Below are positions 14,107 through 28,088 of a stretch of 64,000 nt of DNA, piece after piece. The notes beneath the pieces were generated by a model that did no database searches, was not told the DNA's origin, and worked only from the letters and a program-made list of their open reading frames with translations. Position numbers and translations under genes: made by a program. Every line of letters starts with the position of its first letter. Position 1 is the stretch's first letter. The DNA is from Amoeboaphelidium protococcarum X5 (Eukaryota; Fungi; Aphelidiomycota), in NCBI GenBank assembly GCA_023515725.1, contig JALDTO010000142.1:620001-684000 (forward strand), read 5' to 3'.

Positions 14107-14493
14107 TCAACGTTTATTATTTACAGCAACAAAGCTCTAAGCGAGAACAACTGCAGTAACGTATCCATCATCATGGCTCAGGGAAGATAACAAATGTATG
14201 TCATCTTTATATGGATGCGTGATGACAGGAGGAGTGTTACGAAGGGCAACAATATGCAGTTACTTCCATGTGGGCCTATATTGAGTCTGAGACAGAGCTT
14301 TGTACGCAGCCTCTTTCAGTGCCCATCTATTGGCAATGAATTTCACCTTATGATCAGTATCTACAACGCCAGTGTATTATTTCAGTTCATCAATAGACAG
14401 AACGCGCCTACCCAATCGATCTCCATACTTTTCAATGAGCGTATAAATTCTGCTAATCTTTAATAAATCTATTCCCACACCAACTACAACCAT
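14107..14493 (-). CDS. PPT2: AcpS-type 4'-phosphopantetheinyl transferase (Ppt2-like, probably mitochondrial ACP synthase), 128 aa
   Basis: Absent from the ORF track. With TAR=Gln it reads MVVVGVGIDLLKISRI...FIANRWALKEAAYKAL...SLSHDDGYVTAVV, containing the GxGID, RWxxKEAxxKA and SxSH motifs. Confidence 0.88.
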
Positions 14494-14747
14494 CACCGAA
14501 GATCAATGTCCCAGATTTTAAACGCGTCACTGCCAGCTGTCACTCAATTTCGGCTCGGCGAATGAATTCTTCTTCCATTGCTTTTATTCAGTTAGGACGA
14601 CGGCTAAAATAAGGATGACCGTTTCCTTTCTTTTCTTTCTTGTTGTTTAACGGTTTGCAATTCAAGATCAGAGAACTATACACTTGACCGACTGACTACT
14701 GTCTACTCGACGTTATATCTTTATATTCAAATTTAATTTTAATAGAA

Positions 14748-16016
14748 ATGAAGATTACAATTTAGTACAATATTGACTAATAGCTGCAGGTTAAATTTGA
14801 TGATGATGATGAAAGCAGTGAGCGCACTGTATTAGATTTAAAACTTAAAATCGTCCAAGAGCTGTCCTAATTGATTTAAACTACTCAAGATATCAAGTTG
14901 ATTTACAGAGGGCGGCCTTTGATTGATAATGAGTAATCGCTACATTCTGTTGGAATGCATGATGGTAGTGTTGTACACATGGTTCTATCGTAGTAAGACG
15001 GAAGTTTGTAATAGACTTCTTAGTAGCGATAGAATAGTAGCAGCAATAACTCTCAACGAACTCCAATCTCACTCAAGGCTCTGGATAAAATGAACCAGTA
15101 AGAAGATATGATGGCGTAGGCTCTTAAGAATCCATTTGCGTAGTCTCTGCTGCAGAATAAGGAACTGATGCGCAATATGCTGATGAGTGATCCGCGAACG
15201 CAGAAGGCCATGGAAAAGAATCCGTCTCTACGTCAGATGCTTAATAGCGATAGTTTTATGGAAGAGATTAGTAGTCTGTCATCGTCTCCTGCAAAGATGA
15301 AGGAATTGTTACGAGGTGCGGATAGAGCTATGCTTAATATTGAGAATATACCTGGTGGATTCTAGGCTCTTCGTGGTCTCATTGAAGAAATTGATGATCC
15401 TCTACAGGCTGCACCAGAATTGGATAAAAACGAGGAAGAGGCCAAGAGTAGATTGGCAAAGTTGCATTTAAATATTCAGGATGTGGATTAGAATTAACTC
15501 AATATTTCGCCCCTTCCTAATCCATGGGATCGCAGAAGTGCTCAATCCCCGTTCAGTATGTCATCAGCGAATAGAGGAAGAATGACTGATCCGTTCTAGT
15601 TTATGTAGAGTAGTTAAAGTAATAATAGTATTAGCAATAACAGTCGTCTATAATAGTTAGCCAGTGGAGATCCGGCTTCTATTTAAGGATAGTCTAAGCT
15701 GAGAAATTCCACTCATTCTGATATCAATCCATTTGCCTTTAACGCGTTTAATCCTCATTCCACCAGTAGCAGGTTATCAAGGCTCTCTGCCAGCGAAGCT
15801 CCACAGTCTTCTAGTGGTCTTGAACGGATTTAACATCAGAATTTATAAGAAGATGAATCGCTAGACATTGAGAGTTATTCAGAATTGTACAAGGATCAGC
15901 TGGAGCAACTTTCAGATATGGGATTCACCGATCTGAATGAAAATATCAAGGCGTTGAAAGCAGTAGATGGTGATCTTACGCGTGCTATTGATGAGTATTT
16001 TAGTCTATTGAATTGA
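14748..16016 (+). CDS. Ubiquilin/Dsk2-like UBL-STI1-UBA protein
   Basis: N-terminal UBL (KLIYRGRPL..DGSVVHMV), STI1 repeats (DRAMLNIENIPGGFQAL), PLPNPW and C-terminal UBA (YKDQLEQLSDMGF). Confidence 0.88.
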
Positions 16017-16149
16017 TCACGTATAAACTGTTAGCTTTTTAATGTAAAGTTCCTTTTGCTTTTGTGTTTATCTGTTTGGTCTTGACTTTCATTACTATCG
16101 CTGTCATTTTCTATTTCAAATCCATCTTACCACAGTAAACTATATAGAA

Positions 16150-17773
16150 ATGAGTCTCAAGTCGCTACCGCTGCAAAGTGCTTTAAATCTCACAGTGAAG
16201 TTGGCTTCTTTTGGATTGAACTAATATCTGATCACCAGAGGACTTGTAAGTAGTGAACACTTTGGGATTGTCTATGGTCTTGCCGATGTGTATAAAGATG
16301 CCCTGTTTGGAGTATTTCGAGAAGTCTGGCGATTTATTGGCGTCAGATATGTCCTATCTCTATCTTTATCTATTGATTAGAGCAAGCGAGATCTATCTTA
16401 ATCTGAATAAGATGAGCGATAAAAGTAGATTGATCTTAGATAGTATATTGTCAACTTGGGATGGATATCCACTCTGTTGTGCTCGTTGATTGCGTCGACT
16501 AGTCTGCTCGTTACATAAAAGTGGTATCCGCGTAGCTTATCCCATGATACATAGCTACTTTATTAATCCTACGTCGTGTCGATAATTATTGAAATGCTAG
16601 CTGAGCCCATTCTGATGTTCAACTAATCACTGGGAAATATTAACACTAAAGTCGCTATTGAAACTGCGGCTAATTTAGTCCGCGCATCCTCAGTCTCTCT
16701 TTTTATAGTCTATTATCGTTTGCCACCTCTTTAAGCATACTCTTACGCCCAGATACTATCTGGAATATGCATTTGCTTTGGATGGATATTGAGTAGTTGT
16801 TACTCTCAATCTTATCCTATCAGCATATTCATACCTCGGTCAGTTAAATACTCTGTAAAAGATCATCAAAAGTCTGCATTTATAAAATAAGAAATGTGGA
16901 TACTCCTTAGTCCGCTGGGATTGCAAATGTTTGTAAAGTATTTGGTGGGCGAAAGTGATAAAATCATAATGTCTCAGCTGGGTAGCGATTCTTAGAGGGG
17001 CCTGTATGCATTGATCAGCAATTACGTGTCTCTGGTTGTTCGAGTCCTATTTCTACCCGTGGAAGACATTTGTCGGTCTATGCTAGCTCGCTCTAAACAA
17101 AATTTGGCGCATGCTCAACTTGTACTACAGACTGTATTACGCGGCTACTTTTATTTGGGTACACTGATTGTTGCCTATGGATGGCTCTACTCTCCTGCTG
17201 TTATCAAGTTGGTTCTCGGGTCGACGTGGGCCTAAGACAGTGAAGTCGCCACTAACATTCTGAAGGCGTACTGCTTCTTTCTACCACTGCTGGCGATCAA
17301 TGGAGTCTCCGAGGCCTTCGTTCATATTTTTGCTAATGAGTAATAGATGAACACTTCCACAATGTTCTTCTTCGCGTCTGGGTTCGTCAATTATATTCTT
17401 GGCTGGTCAATGTTTCGGTTCGATGTGGGGGTGGTTGGAATTGTGATGGTTAACTGTGTCAGTGCAATATTGAGGCTTGCTCGAAACTGGCAGGTAATTT
17501 TCTCTCATATTAACGCGTAATCTGTACTGATTAATAGCTCCTAGCTTCATTTGGTGACCACTTCCATGATGGTTCTACTTTACTCTGTTAGTGTTTATAG
17601 CGTTCAGCAACTTTCATCTCTATATTCGCTAGCTTCCGGTGCTATTTGCGGTGCATCATCACTGTTATCAATGTAAGTGTATTAACTATCGCTATATTTG
17701 TGTTAAATGTTGATCTTCAATGTGTAGCTTTGTATTTGACCGAAAATTTAGAGGCGATCTGAAACGGCTTTGA
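16150..17773 (+). CDS. RFT1: RFT1 Man5GlcNAc2-PP-dolichol translocation protein; intron 17673-17727
   Basis: Polytopic membrane protein with IEMLAEP, KYLVGESDK, GLYALISNYVSLVVRVLFLPVED and YCFFLPLLAINGVSEAF motifs. Confidence 0.85.
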
Positions 17774-17889
17774 TAGCGATGAAACGCGCAGCCGATTGAA
17801 ATGAAAATTTGTAAAATTTACAGTCTTTTCTCCTCTCATCTTTTATTACTCTGAGCCAACTGAAAGCAGTCGCAAAGATATAGTATTAA

Positions 17890-20800
17890 ATGTCATCTGT
17901 TGCTTTGTAATTGTAGAAGCTCAAGTAGCAGTAGGCTTAGTCTTTGAATGATATCAGCGTGAAGTAACGCGCTTCCTTGTTGTTTGATCAGAAGAAGGCC
18001 GCCACTATTGATGATTAGTAGATCTTAAATCTTGCATTGGAAGGATTGAGAGATATTCAAGATTTGGTGGGTATCGATGGATAAAGTGCATATCAATGGA
18101 AGGAACTACAAACTACTCTATTTGCAAAGAGTCTGCTTGATGTTGACGTGTTTATTCTGCCACCAGACTAATTCTCTGCGATAAAGACCAATTTGGCCCA
18201 GTTCATGCGTTTGATCAGTTCTCACTTGATGCATCGCGCTGCCGTAAAGTGTCTGGAATGGTTAATAAGAAAGTTCAAGGTAAATGAAATAATGGTTGAT
18301 GAATACGTGTCGCTGTTTCTGCCTTATCACTAGACCAAGTTATTTCTGAAAGCATTACAGTTACTGACAATTGAAATGCCTGCTTATCTGCGCCCATTGG
18401 ATCCGTTGGTGAAGGCGAACGTTTCTCCTGATCGCGATGCGGTCGTGAAGTGCTTCAAAAAGGCTCCGAATCAGTTGTACAGTCTTTTAACTCAGGCAAT
18501 GGACGCGTCTACAGGAGGTTTGGTTCACTTTAGATTTGGCATAGTATGTATGGCTAGTATAATATCTTCTGATGTTGCCGGATCTCTTGTGAATGGTGAT
18601 TTCATCTTTTAAGTTTCCAAAGCTTTAAAGCATGGATTAGAAGAAGTTTAATGTGGTGGTATTATGCTTGTTGCCCAGGTTGCTGGTATGCACTAGCTAA
18701 GTGAAGAGTATCTATAATGTATGTGTGAAATGATCATTTAGACTGCGGTTGATATTGACACCAAGTTTTAGGTGTTCACTTTGATCGCAGCGTATCAGAA
18801 GCGTCCAATTAAGCTTTAGCTGTGGAAGAGTTTGTGCGGTGCTGATGGGTTTGAAAGTACGCTATAAAATGCTCTGTAGTAGAATCAATTAGCTGAAAAT
18901 GTCTTGAATTAGGTGATGAAATGTATGGCATAGGTTAATATGGATGTTGTGGTTCAGTTTGTTAAAGATGGATTACTGACTGAAGATTGTATTAAAACGA
19001 TTTTGCGTCAACTTGTTGAAATTGGCACTCTGGAGTATAGCTATGGGATTTAAGATCTTTTGAGGCAGGTTGAGTAGCGCTGTTCTCATCTTTTGCAAGA
19101 AGTGGTTGGTCGCGATACCTATATCAGTGGTCTGGAGTCTGCGGAGTAAGATAATTATCTTTTCCTAAAGTTAAGACATCATGATGCAAGTATTAGAATC
19201 ACGGCGTGTCAAAAGCTTTTGAGTCAGATTGATGCCTCTACAATTATCGATGAAAGCCTGGAGTAGGATTTGCAGCGTCTTTTGCTAGATGATAACCCTG
19301 ATGTTGTGAAGCTGCTGGTATAGAACGAGGTTGTATGGGAAAAGTTGGACAAAAACTACGTAAAGGATTTTATCACTCGTAACTGGAGCGTGTTGATTGA
19401 AATGACTGTAATCGAATCCTTTTGTTAGAATTTGCTTCTGGATGTGCTGGGGCGTGAGCTTGATAATGTTTGGTAGATGGTGACATTGGCTCTGTTTCCT
19501 TTGCTTACATCTTCCCTCGTTTCCGCTTAGTTGGTCACTTGTATTTGCCAATTACGTGAGGAGCAGAAGCCTCAATTATTTTAGTCTTTGGATGTGAGCT
19601 TGGCCTCGAAAGTACTAAAAGCTTCCGAGTATGACGCGTCGTTAGGTATTGCTGAATTTATTGCATCAGCTGCTATAAACAGTCATTCCAAACAGGAAGC
19701 ATCTGATGTCTTGAGAGCGTTGTTTCCGCATTCAAAGGACAACTGTGGATCCTATCTTGCTGCTAGTCTCATATTTATGGCGGCTACTTAGATGGCTGAG
19801 AAGGCGTCCGATGTTGATTGCGTACTATCTTTTGGTTCATAAATTCTGCGTGAGAGTGCACCACTATAGCAGGATGTGCCTTGTGATTGTAGCATTAGCG
19901 GCGAATTGTATCCAGCCAAGGAGGAGTTGGAACTGATATTTTCTGATTTGCATAGATCCAAGTCAAGTATTAATTTGCAGTGCTTCATATTTACTAAAGT
20001 AGTTTACTTGCTAGTTTAGAATCCCAAAGTGGCTAGAAAGTATGTTCCGCAAGTTGTTGAGAGATTGATCTCTTTCCCTAGAGGTTCGTATAAAACTCAA
20101 ATATAACATGTTATTTTGGCTGGTTTTCAATCGGAGGTTATCAGTAGTTTGATCACTATGGCATTTGAACTTAACAATGAAATAGTGACTCGTGGTATTT
20201 ATGATATACTCAAGAATGTGAATTCGACCAAACGCGAAGTATCATTGAGTGCCTTGGTACTTTTATTCAAGATTGGAGATTAATTAAAACTCGACGGTAT
20301 TGAGGCGGTAAAATCTGCTGCTTTGTCTAGAGTTTGTAAGCAATTTGGAGTTAAAGAGATGAGCGAGGCCTCACTTGAACGCACTGTTATTCCAGGACTT
20401 TTTGCCAACAAGTAAAGTATGAATCTGTTCAAACAGTACTTACTATAGACGTTGAAAGCACCCGGTTTGCATGATGGGTTCAAATGTTTTGTAATGACTC
20501 ATTTGAAGAGCGTTGATTCCTATTAGTTTCTAGCATCTATAAGTGGTGAATTAGAGGTGGTGGTGGCGCAAACGGCAATATCTCCTACTGTACTTGGCGC
20601 CGTGATTAATTGGATCCAATGTAATAACATTGTTAAGTTGTGCAACAAGCTTGAGGAGTTCAAGGCCTTGTATGAGACTATTGTATTGATAGCACAGGAA
20701 GATTTGGTGTTGGCTCAAGTCTATTTGAAAAGTCTCAACTTGTCTTGTGTTGGAAAGTTGCCACATTCTACGCAGAAATAGATTGCTTTGCTCATTCTCA

Positions 20801-23394
20801 AGTCTTATGGTGCATCGGATTAACTTGCATTATCCATGCTGAAGGACGCATTTGTCGCCTGTAACTTTAATGAGTTGGTGGTTATCAGCTTAATTCGCGA
20901 CGTGAAGGTATCTGATATTCAGTCTGGTTCATATCTCAATATCCTATTAGAGCTACTTACTCTTCGCTACGCTGATAGAATACCGTCTAATGATCTCGTT
21001 GCTGCCATATTCAAAATTTTTGCCGAGATGATGAACACTAATGAGGATGGTAGAGATCAGATTGTGCTGCAAAACGTGATGATTCTGCTTGGCAAGTTGA
21101 TAGCCTCTACATAAGTTTTGTAATTGGCAGGAGATGTTTATCGTGTCGATCTTTTAATGCTCTTGATCACTGAGCAAAATGATTAAAGATCAGAAGCGGT
21201 GGCTTTAAACTTAATTGCTGCTATAAGCAAACAATGTCCGATGGTGGTACTCCCGTATGTGATGTAGGTTTTCACTTTTATGGGATCTAACATGGTGAAG
21301 TAGGATGACGCGTATAGTTGGAAGATTGTCGAAGATACTGTCTGTGCTATATTGCCGCCTCTTGCGTCGTCTTAAGAAGATAAAGGCACTGACATTGATG
21401 TCATTCACATATTTGCTTAGGCATTGTTCAATATTCCAATACATAGAAGATTGAAATTAGTCAATTTGGTGCTATTTACAATGGGCATTGAGAAATATGG
21501 CCATTTGTATATTATGGCCGTTTTGAAAGCTTACTATGTCAGTAAAGATTAGAATGTCACTATGGATGAGGATCCTATGGACTTTTGTGTGGCTTTTGTG
21601 CAAAAGTTAGTCTTGAGTGAACGCGGCCAAGTTCTGACTAATCTTGTTCTAGGTGCAGTTGGATTGTTGATTGATAACCAATGTCGATTGAGATCTACTA
21701 TGAACGTGCGCAAGGATGCGGCTAGTATAAAATTAGGTGGTTATACACTTCGCTTGGTTAATAAATGCGTATAAGATTATCCAGGGACATTGGTGAATAA
21801 TCATGAATCTATGCTTTAGAGCGTTATATCATTACAAGCGTATCTCAGCACAATGCCTTCTAAAAAGGTTGGTCCAGTGATGAGCATAGTTGAGGATTTA
21901 GCCAAGACTTTAACCGTTAGCCTCCCCATCTAGAAAGTTGTGGAATTGGGTTGTGTCCTGCTGGAAGAGTAATAAGTGCAGTAGTTGGGCGTTAATGTAT
22001 TGCTTGAGAAATTTGTGCTGTAGAGTGGAAGTGTTGGCGTCGATCATGCTTTGATCGAAAGCTTGGTGTCTCTTGTCATTGCATGTGGATTAAAATCAGA
22101 TAAGTCTCAATTGCCAGTTTTAAGATTATTTGAATAGTTTATAAAGAAGATTGAAGGTTTTGCTACGAAGAATGCACTATCTATTATTGACGCGTTACGC
22201 ATACAAGTCGAAAAGCTGGGTAATGAAGATTTCATATAACTAATGGAGGTTATTAGTGACGTTCTGATAGCTGCTCTTGAACGCTTTTAGCTCAAGCTGT
22301 TGCCAAAGTTGAGAATTATTGTCGAGCTATTCTAGAGAATGTTAAGCTGTACTTAGGCAGGACATTATGCACATGGCACCTTTGTTGGCCTCAAGCTGGT
22401 ATTTGAATTCTTCGCGTCGTTCTCTTCATCATTCTTGGGTAAGACCATATTGCTGTTGGGAGAATGCACTGATAAGCAGTTCTTGGAATCTCAGCATGGA
22501 GAAGCTTTATTGCTCACTATGGCTGGCAAAGTGCCTACGGACATTTTGATATCAGAAATGATCAAATGCTCTTCTGCATGCGGCCAGACATTTTATATTG
22601 AATTATTGAGACAGAAGATTAATTTGCAGACTAAGGATACAATTGGGTAGTCTTATAAGCAGTTATTTAAGCTCTTCTTTGTCGTGTTTGATCAGTTAAA
22701 GGATTAGGAAATGAAAGGTATCAGTGAGGTCTTTACGCAGTTTGTGATTAAGTTGACGTAGTCGATGTTTGATCCTCTATATGCTCGATTGTCCGATTGG
22801 GCTCATAGATCTATTGTGAATCACTGCAAGATGCTGTCTATTTTGTCAAGTTTATTACAGTCATGCCAAAGTCTTATGGTACATTACGTGTTTGCATACT
22901 CTGAGGCTATATTGCTGTAGTTGAATGGTGCCTAATTGGACGGAGATTCGTGTGGATTGAGCATTGAAGTGCTGGGCAATATGTTTGAATATGATCAAGA
23001 CGGAGTGCTAAAAGATGACGCGCTGAAATCTTTCATAGATCCTTTGGTACGTCTGGCATAATGCAACTTTGATGAAGTTTAGAGCCAGTTGCATACGTGC
23101 GTTGGAAACTTGCTGTTATTGACGAAGGATAACAATGTGATCAAGCACTTGAATTCTTGTATTTTGGAGAAAATGCGTCATCAAAGTGCTGATGTTCGCA
23201 AGCGCGCCATTTCCCTATTGAGATACTTGTACTCGCAGAATGGAGATGGTCTTTTGGCATTCCTGCCGGAGAGTATGCCTGTAATTGCCGAACTTCTCGA
23301 GGATGATGACGAAGAGGTTGAGAAGAAGTGTCGGGATTTGATTAGAGTAATTGAAGGGTGTCTTGGAGAATCCTTAGACGAGCACTTGAAATGA
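17890..23394 (+). CDS. UTP10: U3 snoRNP/t-UTP HEAT-repeat protein UTP10/HEATR1 (about 1834 aa)
   Basis: MSSVALQLQKL..RASLLFD, KCLEWLIRKF, LPYH, FTFMG..DDAYS, IPIHRRL and C-terminal LPESMPVIAELLEDDDEEVE...LGESL in one frame. Confidence 0.93.
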
Positions 23395-23494
23395 TATTAA
23401 AATGAATAAAATAAATGGAAGATAAATAAAGATACAATGGATTTTAGTATTATACATGCTTCTGTTACTTGAACTATCCTGACGCACCGTATGA

Positions 23495-23881
23495 TCATTG
23501 AAGACGCTTATAATTGGCGTCTGACAGACATTCGTCTTCCACCAACTTTGCCTGCACAGAGCCATCAGACGCGAAACGGAGCAGAGTTGGAATACGCGAA
23601 ATCTTCAACAGAGGATTAACCTTGTATGGATGTTGCGGATTCTGTTTCCACTCCGACCGAGAGCCTACACTGCAAGAAATCAGCACTGAGTCTTCAATAG
23701 CCGCGACATTCTGACGAATCTTTGGGTCCGCCATAACGCAGTCTGGACACCAACTCTCGCCAGTTTACTAATCTTCCGCGCCATAGAACACTGCGAATAC
23801 CTTTGATTATCCGCTCAACTACTCTTTCAACACGTAATTAAATTTATCAGCATCTTCCAACAACACTCGTACGTTCTTCAT
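23495..23881 (-). CDS. TXNDC17: Thioredoxin-related protein TXNDC17/TRP14
   Basis: GESWCPDCVMADP, VGSRSEWK, IPTLLR and LVEDEC motifs. Confidence 0.92.
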
Positions 23882-24042
23882 TTTGTATTACGTACGATGC
23901 GAAATGGTTTACGATGATCTAACAAAAAAAACCAACCAGAGACTGCTAGACCCCAAAGAAGTAACCGATAAAAATAAGTGATAATGATGAGAGAGCTCAA
24001 AATAAGAATAAATGTCACAATGTACTTCAACTACTACTACTA

Positions 24043-24978
24043 TCATGATGGAATGTTGTGCTTCTTTCGACAGCCTGGGCAGTACCACTTGCCAACCGGC
24101 GGAGATGTCAGACCAACACATTCGTAATGGAACCACTCAACTTCACAATCCGGACTATCGCAGCCCACCATCAGACCATAAGAGACTTTGTTGCAAATGC
24201 AATACGTTGGTTCATTCGGATCTATAGATGAATCTACAATAGATCTCTACCGACTACTTCTACTCAATGGACCGGACTGTTTTGTATTGTCTTCATACAT
24301 TGGAGGTGGCAGAGGCTATTAGTTAGTTGATCGTCTAGATGAAGCATTAGCGGCAGACGCGAGCTCATTTAAATTGGAGTTAGAGTTCTTGGAGTTAGAT
24401 TACTCCACTACCTAAGACTGCTAATCATTCTGCACAGCACCACCTGCCGTAGTCTTACGCTCCTTCTTTGATTAAGTGGAATCGCCAGTGGTGTTGTTAT
24501 TAGTAGCATTAGAAGTCTTCTCTTTACGCGAACGCTTCTTCTACGATCTGCCTCCACCAGCTGAAGACTATTACTATTATTTACTACCACCGGCGACATC
24601 CTGCTCATTCCCCTAACTATTCAATCCCATACCTGTAATAGTAAGTTCATCTTCAAATCGCATTAGATCTTCATCTAGCTTGCGTATGTGTTTATCCACC
24701 AAGTCGTAAGTCTACACTGCCAGTCTGACCTTGTCTTCGCTCTCAGCAGTCGCTTCTTTAAATAGAGAATTTAATTACTTTAAAAGTGCCTTCTTTTCAT
24801 CTACAGACAATTTATTACCATTCTGAACGAAATCTCTGGCCAGCGATGATATCTACTCAATCTACTTGGAGCAATTGGTATCCAGTTCTTTGATCTAGGT
24901 GTAGTTGCGCTGTAGCTCATTCGGCAGCGCTTCAATAGCATCCATCCAATCCTCCAAAAATTCCACTTATGAAGACAT
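24043..24978 (-). CDS. ING-family chromatin protein (ING N-terminal coiled coil plus PHD finger)
   Basis: [37 protein letters not shown] and [33 protein letters not shown]....GKWYCP. Confidence 0.93.
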
Positions 24979-25172
24979 TTATATTACTTATAAAAACTAA
25001 TTTTATTCAACAGGCTCTAATTAGCTTTGGAATACAAGATCTGAGGTAGTTGATGCAAAGACGAAAGAAGATGGCTCAAAGTGAAGAGAAAAAGGTAAAA
25101 GATATTCAGACTATCCTCACTCACCCTAAATCAATCAAATTTATAATATTAAGTCACAAAAAGTATATAAAG

Positions 25173-25883
25173 ATGAGATTATTACCAGCAACCAAGTCGC
25201 GATTTAATAAGACACTGGACAAGAGATTGCCCATGTTGAAGAATTTAGTGTCGCAGTTGCTAATGAAGGAGCAAGTGATCACTACACACGGTAGAGCTGA
25301 CGCGATTCGACCCATTGTGTAGATGATCATTGATAACGCGCGCAAGACCAGAGAGTTGGAATAAGCTCAGAACGCGTCCTCAGACAAAGTGAAAGAGATT
25401 AATTATGAACTTGATCAGTGGACCGTTAATAAAAATTAGGTGCTGCCGAAGCTGAGAGATGATCTGGTGGAACGCTTCAAGGACTATACTGAAGAGAAGG
25501 GATACACGCGCGCGTACAATCTTATGCATCGATAATATGGCAATACTCCTCTCAAGGTGGTGGAATTGCTGGATGGACCTAAAGATACACTGAAAAAGAT
25601 TGCCCAGGTGATGCAAAAGGATTCGGACAAGGTAGAGTCGCTGCGAAAGTCTGCGCTAAGTGACGTTTTCACTGCCCCGGTTGATGATTTGTTGCAGAGC
25701 TTGGAATCTCAACCGCGAGGTAGAATGCATAAGAAGCATGCGGAAGCAAAGAAGATGAAGGAGCAGAGTCAGTTGCTTAAATAGGAAGCCAGCAAGTTGG
25801 AGAGCACCAGCGAGATGGAAGCATTTGCTAAATTGGCCATTGGTTAGACTGAAAAGGCCAAGAAGCGCTCTTTCGCTTACTGA
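25173..25883 (+). CDS. Mitochondrial ribosomal protein bL17m with C-terminal extension
   Basis: MLKNLVSQLLMKEQVITTHGRADAIRP, LVERFKD..GYTR and VVELLDGPKD match the L17 family. Start taken at ATG 25173. Confidence 0.8.
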
Positions 25884-25994
25884 TTTTAACGAGGCTTCTT
25901 TCATGGCGAATATTATGATATCATAATAGTTTAATAGAGCACAATTCTAATAAAAGTAAAGTACCATCTCATTTAAACACTAGCCGTTACTAAA

Positions 25995-27584
25995 TCAAAT
26001 CTTGTAAACGCTTCTAATGATAACTTCATACTCTTGAGCCTTTCGAATAAAATGTGGTGGTGGCTCTAACAGCTGTTGATTAATCTCCACCTGACGCTTG
26101 TGCAGTCTTAGAATATTAGTCATTAATGGTAGACACTTGATATCAATGTCTTACTCTTGAGTAATGTTACGTAGAGCTTCAGAAAGATAATATCCATCTC
26201 CAGGTTTCTCAAAAATTGCATTCAAGTCAATATTCTATATAACTGGTAGTTGAACAGTGGCATTCTGATTATAAAGTCGCGATACAACATCATCAGATTT
26301 CTAAACTCTGCTCACCCTTCCCGTAGTGGTTGGGGCTTTTTTCACAGTTCCATACTGGAGAGGCATAGGAGGATATGGGGTTCTATGCAATACGGTATTA
26401 GCACCACTGAGCGTATTCTACTTATGAATATTCTCCCAAGACTTTTTACTTTTCATAGTACCACCATCATTGCTCTGAACAGTAGTGTCATAACTAATCC
26501 TCATTGTACCATTTGCATTAAATTCCGAAGCCACGCTCTCATTAACCTTAAAAGTGCCCAGCTTACTGATGGTTGAGTACATGGTAAGTGCGTTCTGCTT
26601 TAGTTATTACTTTTTGAGAGTACCTGATGCATCATTGACTTCATCACTAGAACCACCGTCATCTCCAGAGGCAGACTTACTAGCAGATTTCAATTTAGAC
26701 GCCGCAACTCTTGATTATTCGATCAAATCAACAAGAATAGATGTATGAGATGCTTACTAACAGAATGGATGTTGCAACAACTCCTCTGCAGTAAATCGCT
26801 CTTTATCACTCTTAACTAAAGTCTTGCTGATCACATCGTGAAATTGAGCAGACCATTTTTCCTTCTCCGCAAGTCTAGGCGGAGGTTCACGCAAGATTTT
26901 GAACAAGACACGCATCGGATGTACTTGAGAGTGTGGTGGCACCATCTCTGCCATCTCAATCAACGTTATTCCCAATGACCATATATCAGCCTTCCCATCA
27001 TACCCCGTCTCCTGAATCAGTTGCGGACACATCCAGAACGGACTACCACAAAATGTATTCCTCTTCCCCAGACTACCTTCCAGTTGGGCAGATACCCCAA
27101 AATCTGCCAACTTCACCTGACCATCCTCACACAACAGGATATTCCCGCACTTGATATCGCGATGAATCTTGCCATTCGAGTGTAGATACGACAAGCCTTG
27201 CACAGTTTCACGACAGATCACAGCGATGAAACGCTCCTCCAGCGGCTGTTCCATCGCAGCGAACAAATCTCGCACACTGCCGGCCCCACAGTACTCCATC
27301 ACAATGAACAGAACATCAGCTCCCAAGTTTATAAATGAATTGTAATATCTGACAATGTTTCGATGTGAGCAGTCCTTCAGAATGGCAATCTCTTTCATGA
27401 TACTGTTCATACAGGCAATGTCTGTACTGCTGGTTCTGTCGATTGAAATGCACTTGATAGCCACAACTGCACCCGTCTGCTTCTCTATTCCCTTGTTCAC
27501 CTCACCATAAGATCCCTTTCCCAGAACCTCTTGCAATGTATAAAACTAGTTAATATCCTCTTTAGAAATCTCCACTGAATCCAT
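25995..27584 (-). CDS. STE20/GCK-family Ser/Thr kinase (MST/Hippo or SIK1-like), 529 aa
   Basis: LGKGSYG, VAIK, MEYCGAGS, HRDIKCGN, DFGVSAQL..KRNTF and HPMRVLF motifs, then a linker with GTM motifs and a helical C-terminus. Confidence 0.9.
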
Positions 27585-28088
27585 CGCTGCACTTTAGTAT
27601 CACTATAATTATCTGAAGATTAAAAACTGTAGCAGAAAGGGGAGAGGCCAGTAGTAATATGAAACAGCTATTACTGTAAAGATGATCGATACTCGCAGGA
27701 AGGATAGGAAGGATAACTGATTGAAAACAAACTTACAGTCTGGATCTGTCACAAAATCTACTTCATGGCTGGCTATAATACTCTGAATTCTCCCTAGTAA
27801 AAGTAATCGTCATGATTATACTGTATATTCTATGCTGTAGTATTAACGCGTTATACTCTCAGGGGCGGTGAAAATCCCTAAAAGCGGTTATATCTGACTC
27901 GTGTCATCGAGTACGGTGCACGTTCAGCATCTAATCAGGGGAATTTTGAGAGGACATAATTTGCAAAAATTTGCACAACTTGCGTTTACTTAATCCATCT
28001 AATTATAATGATATAAAAGTGTGTATTTTCTGAAATGATATCCATCAACTGCTTATTTATCTGCATATTTGCTGGTTTTATATACTCC

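Noticed and set aside
27856-27952. Resemblance to the 5' end of an FMN riboswitch (CTCAGGGGCGGTGAAAATCCC...GCGGT)
   Set aside because: The P3 and P6 stems and the 3' consensus are missing, there is no riboflavin gene nearby, and the class is not established in eukaryotes.
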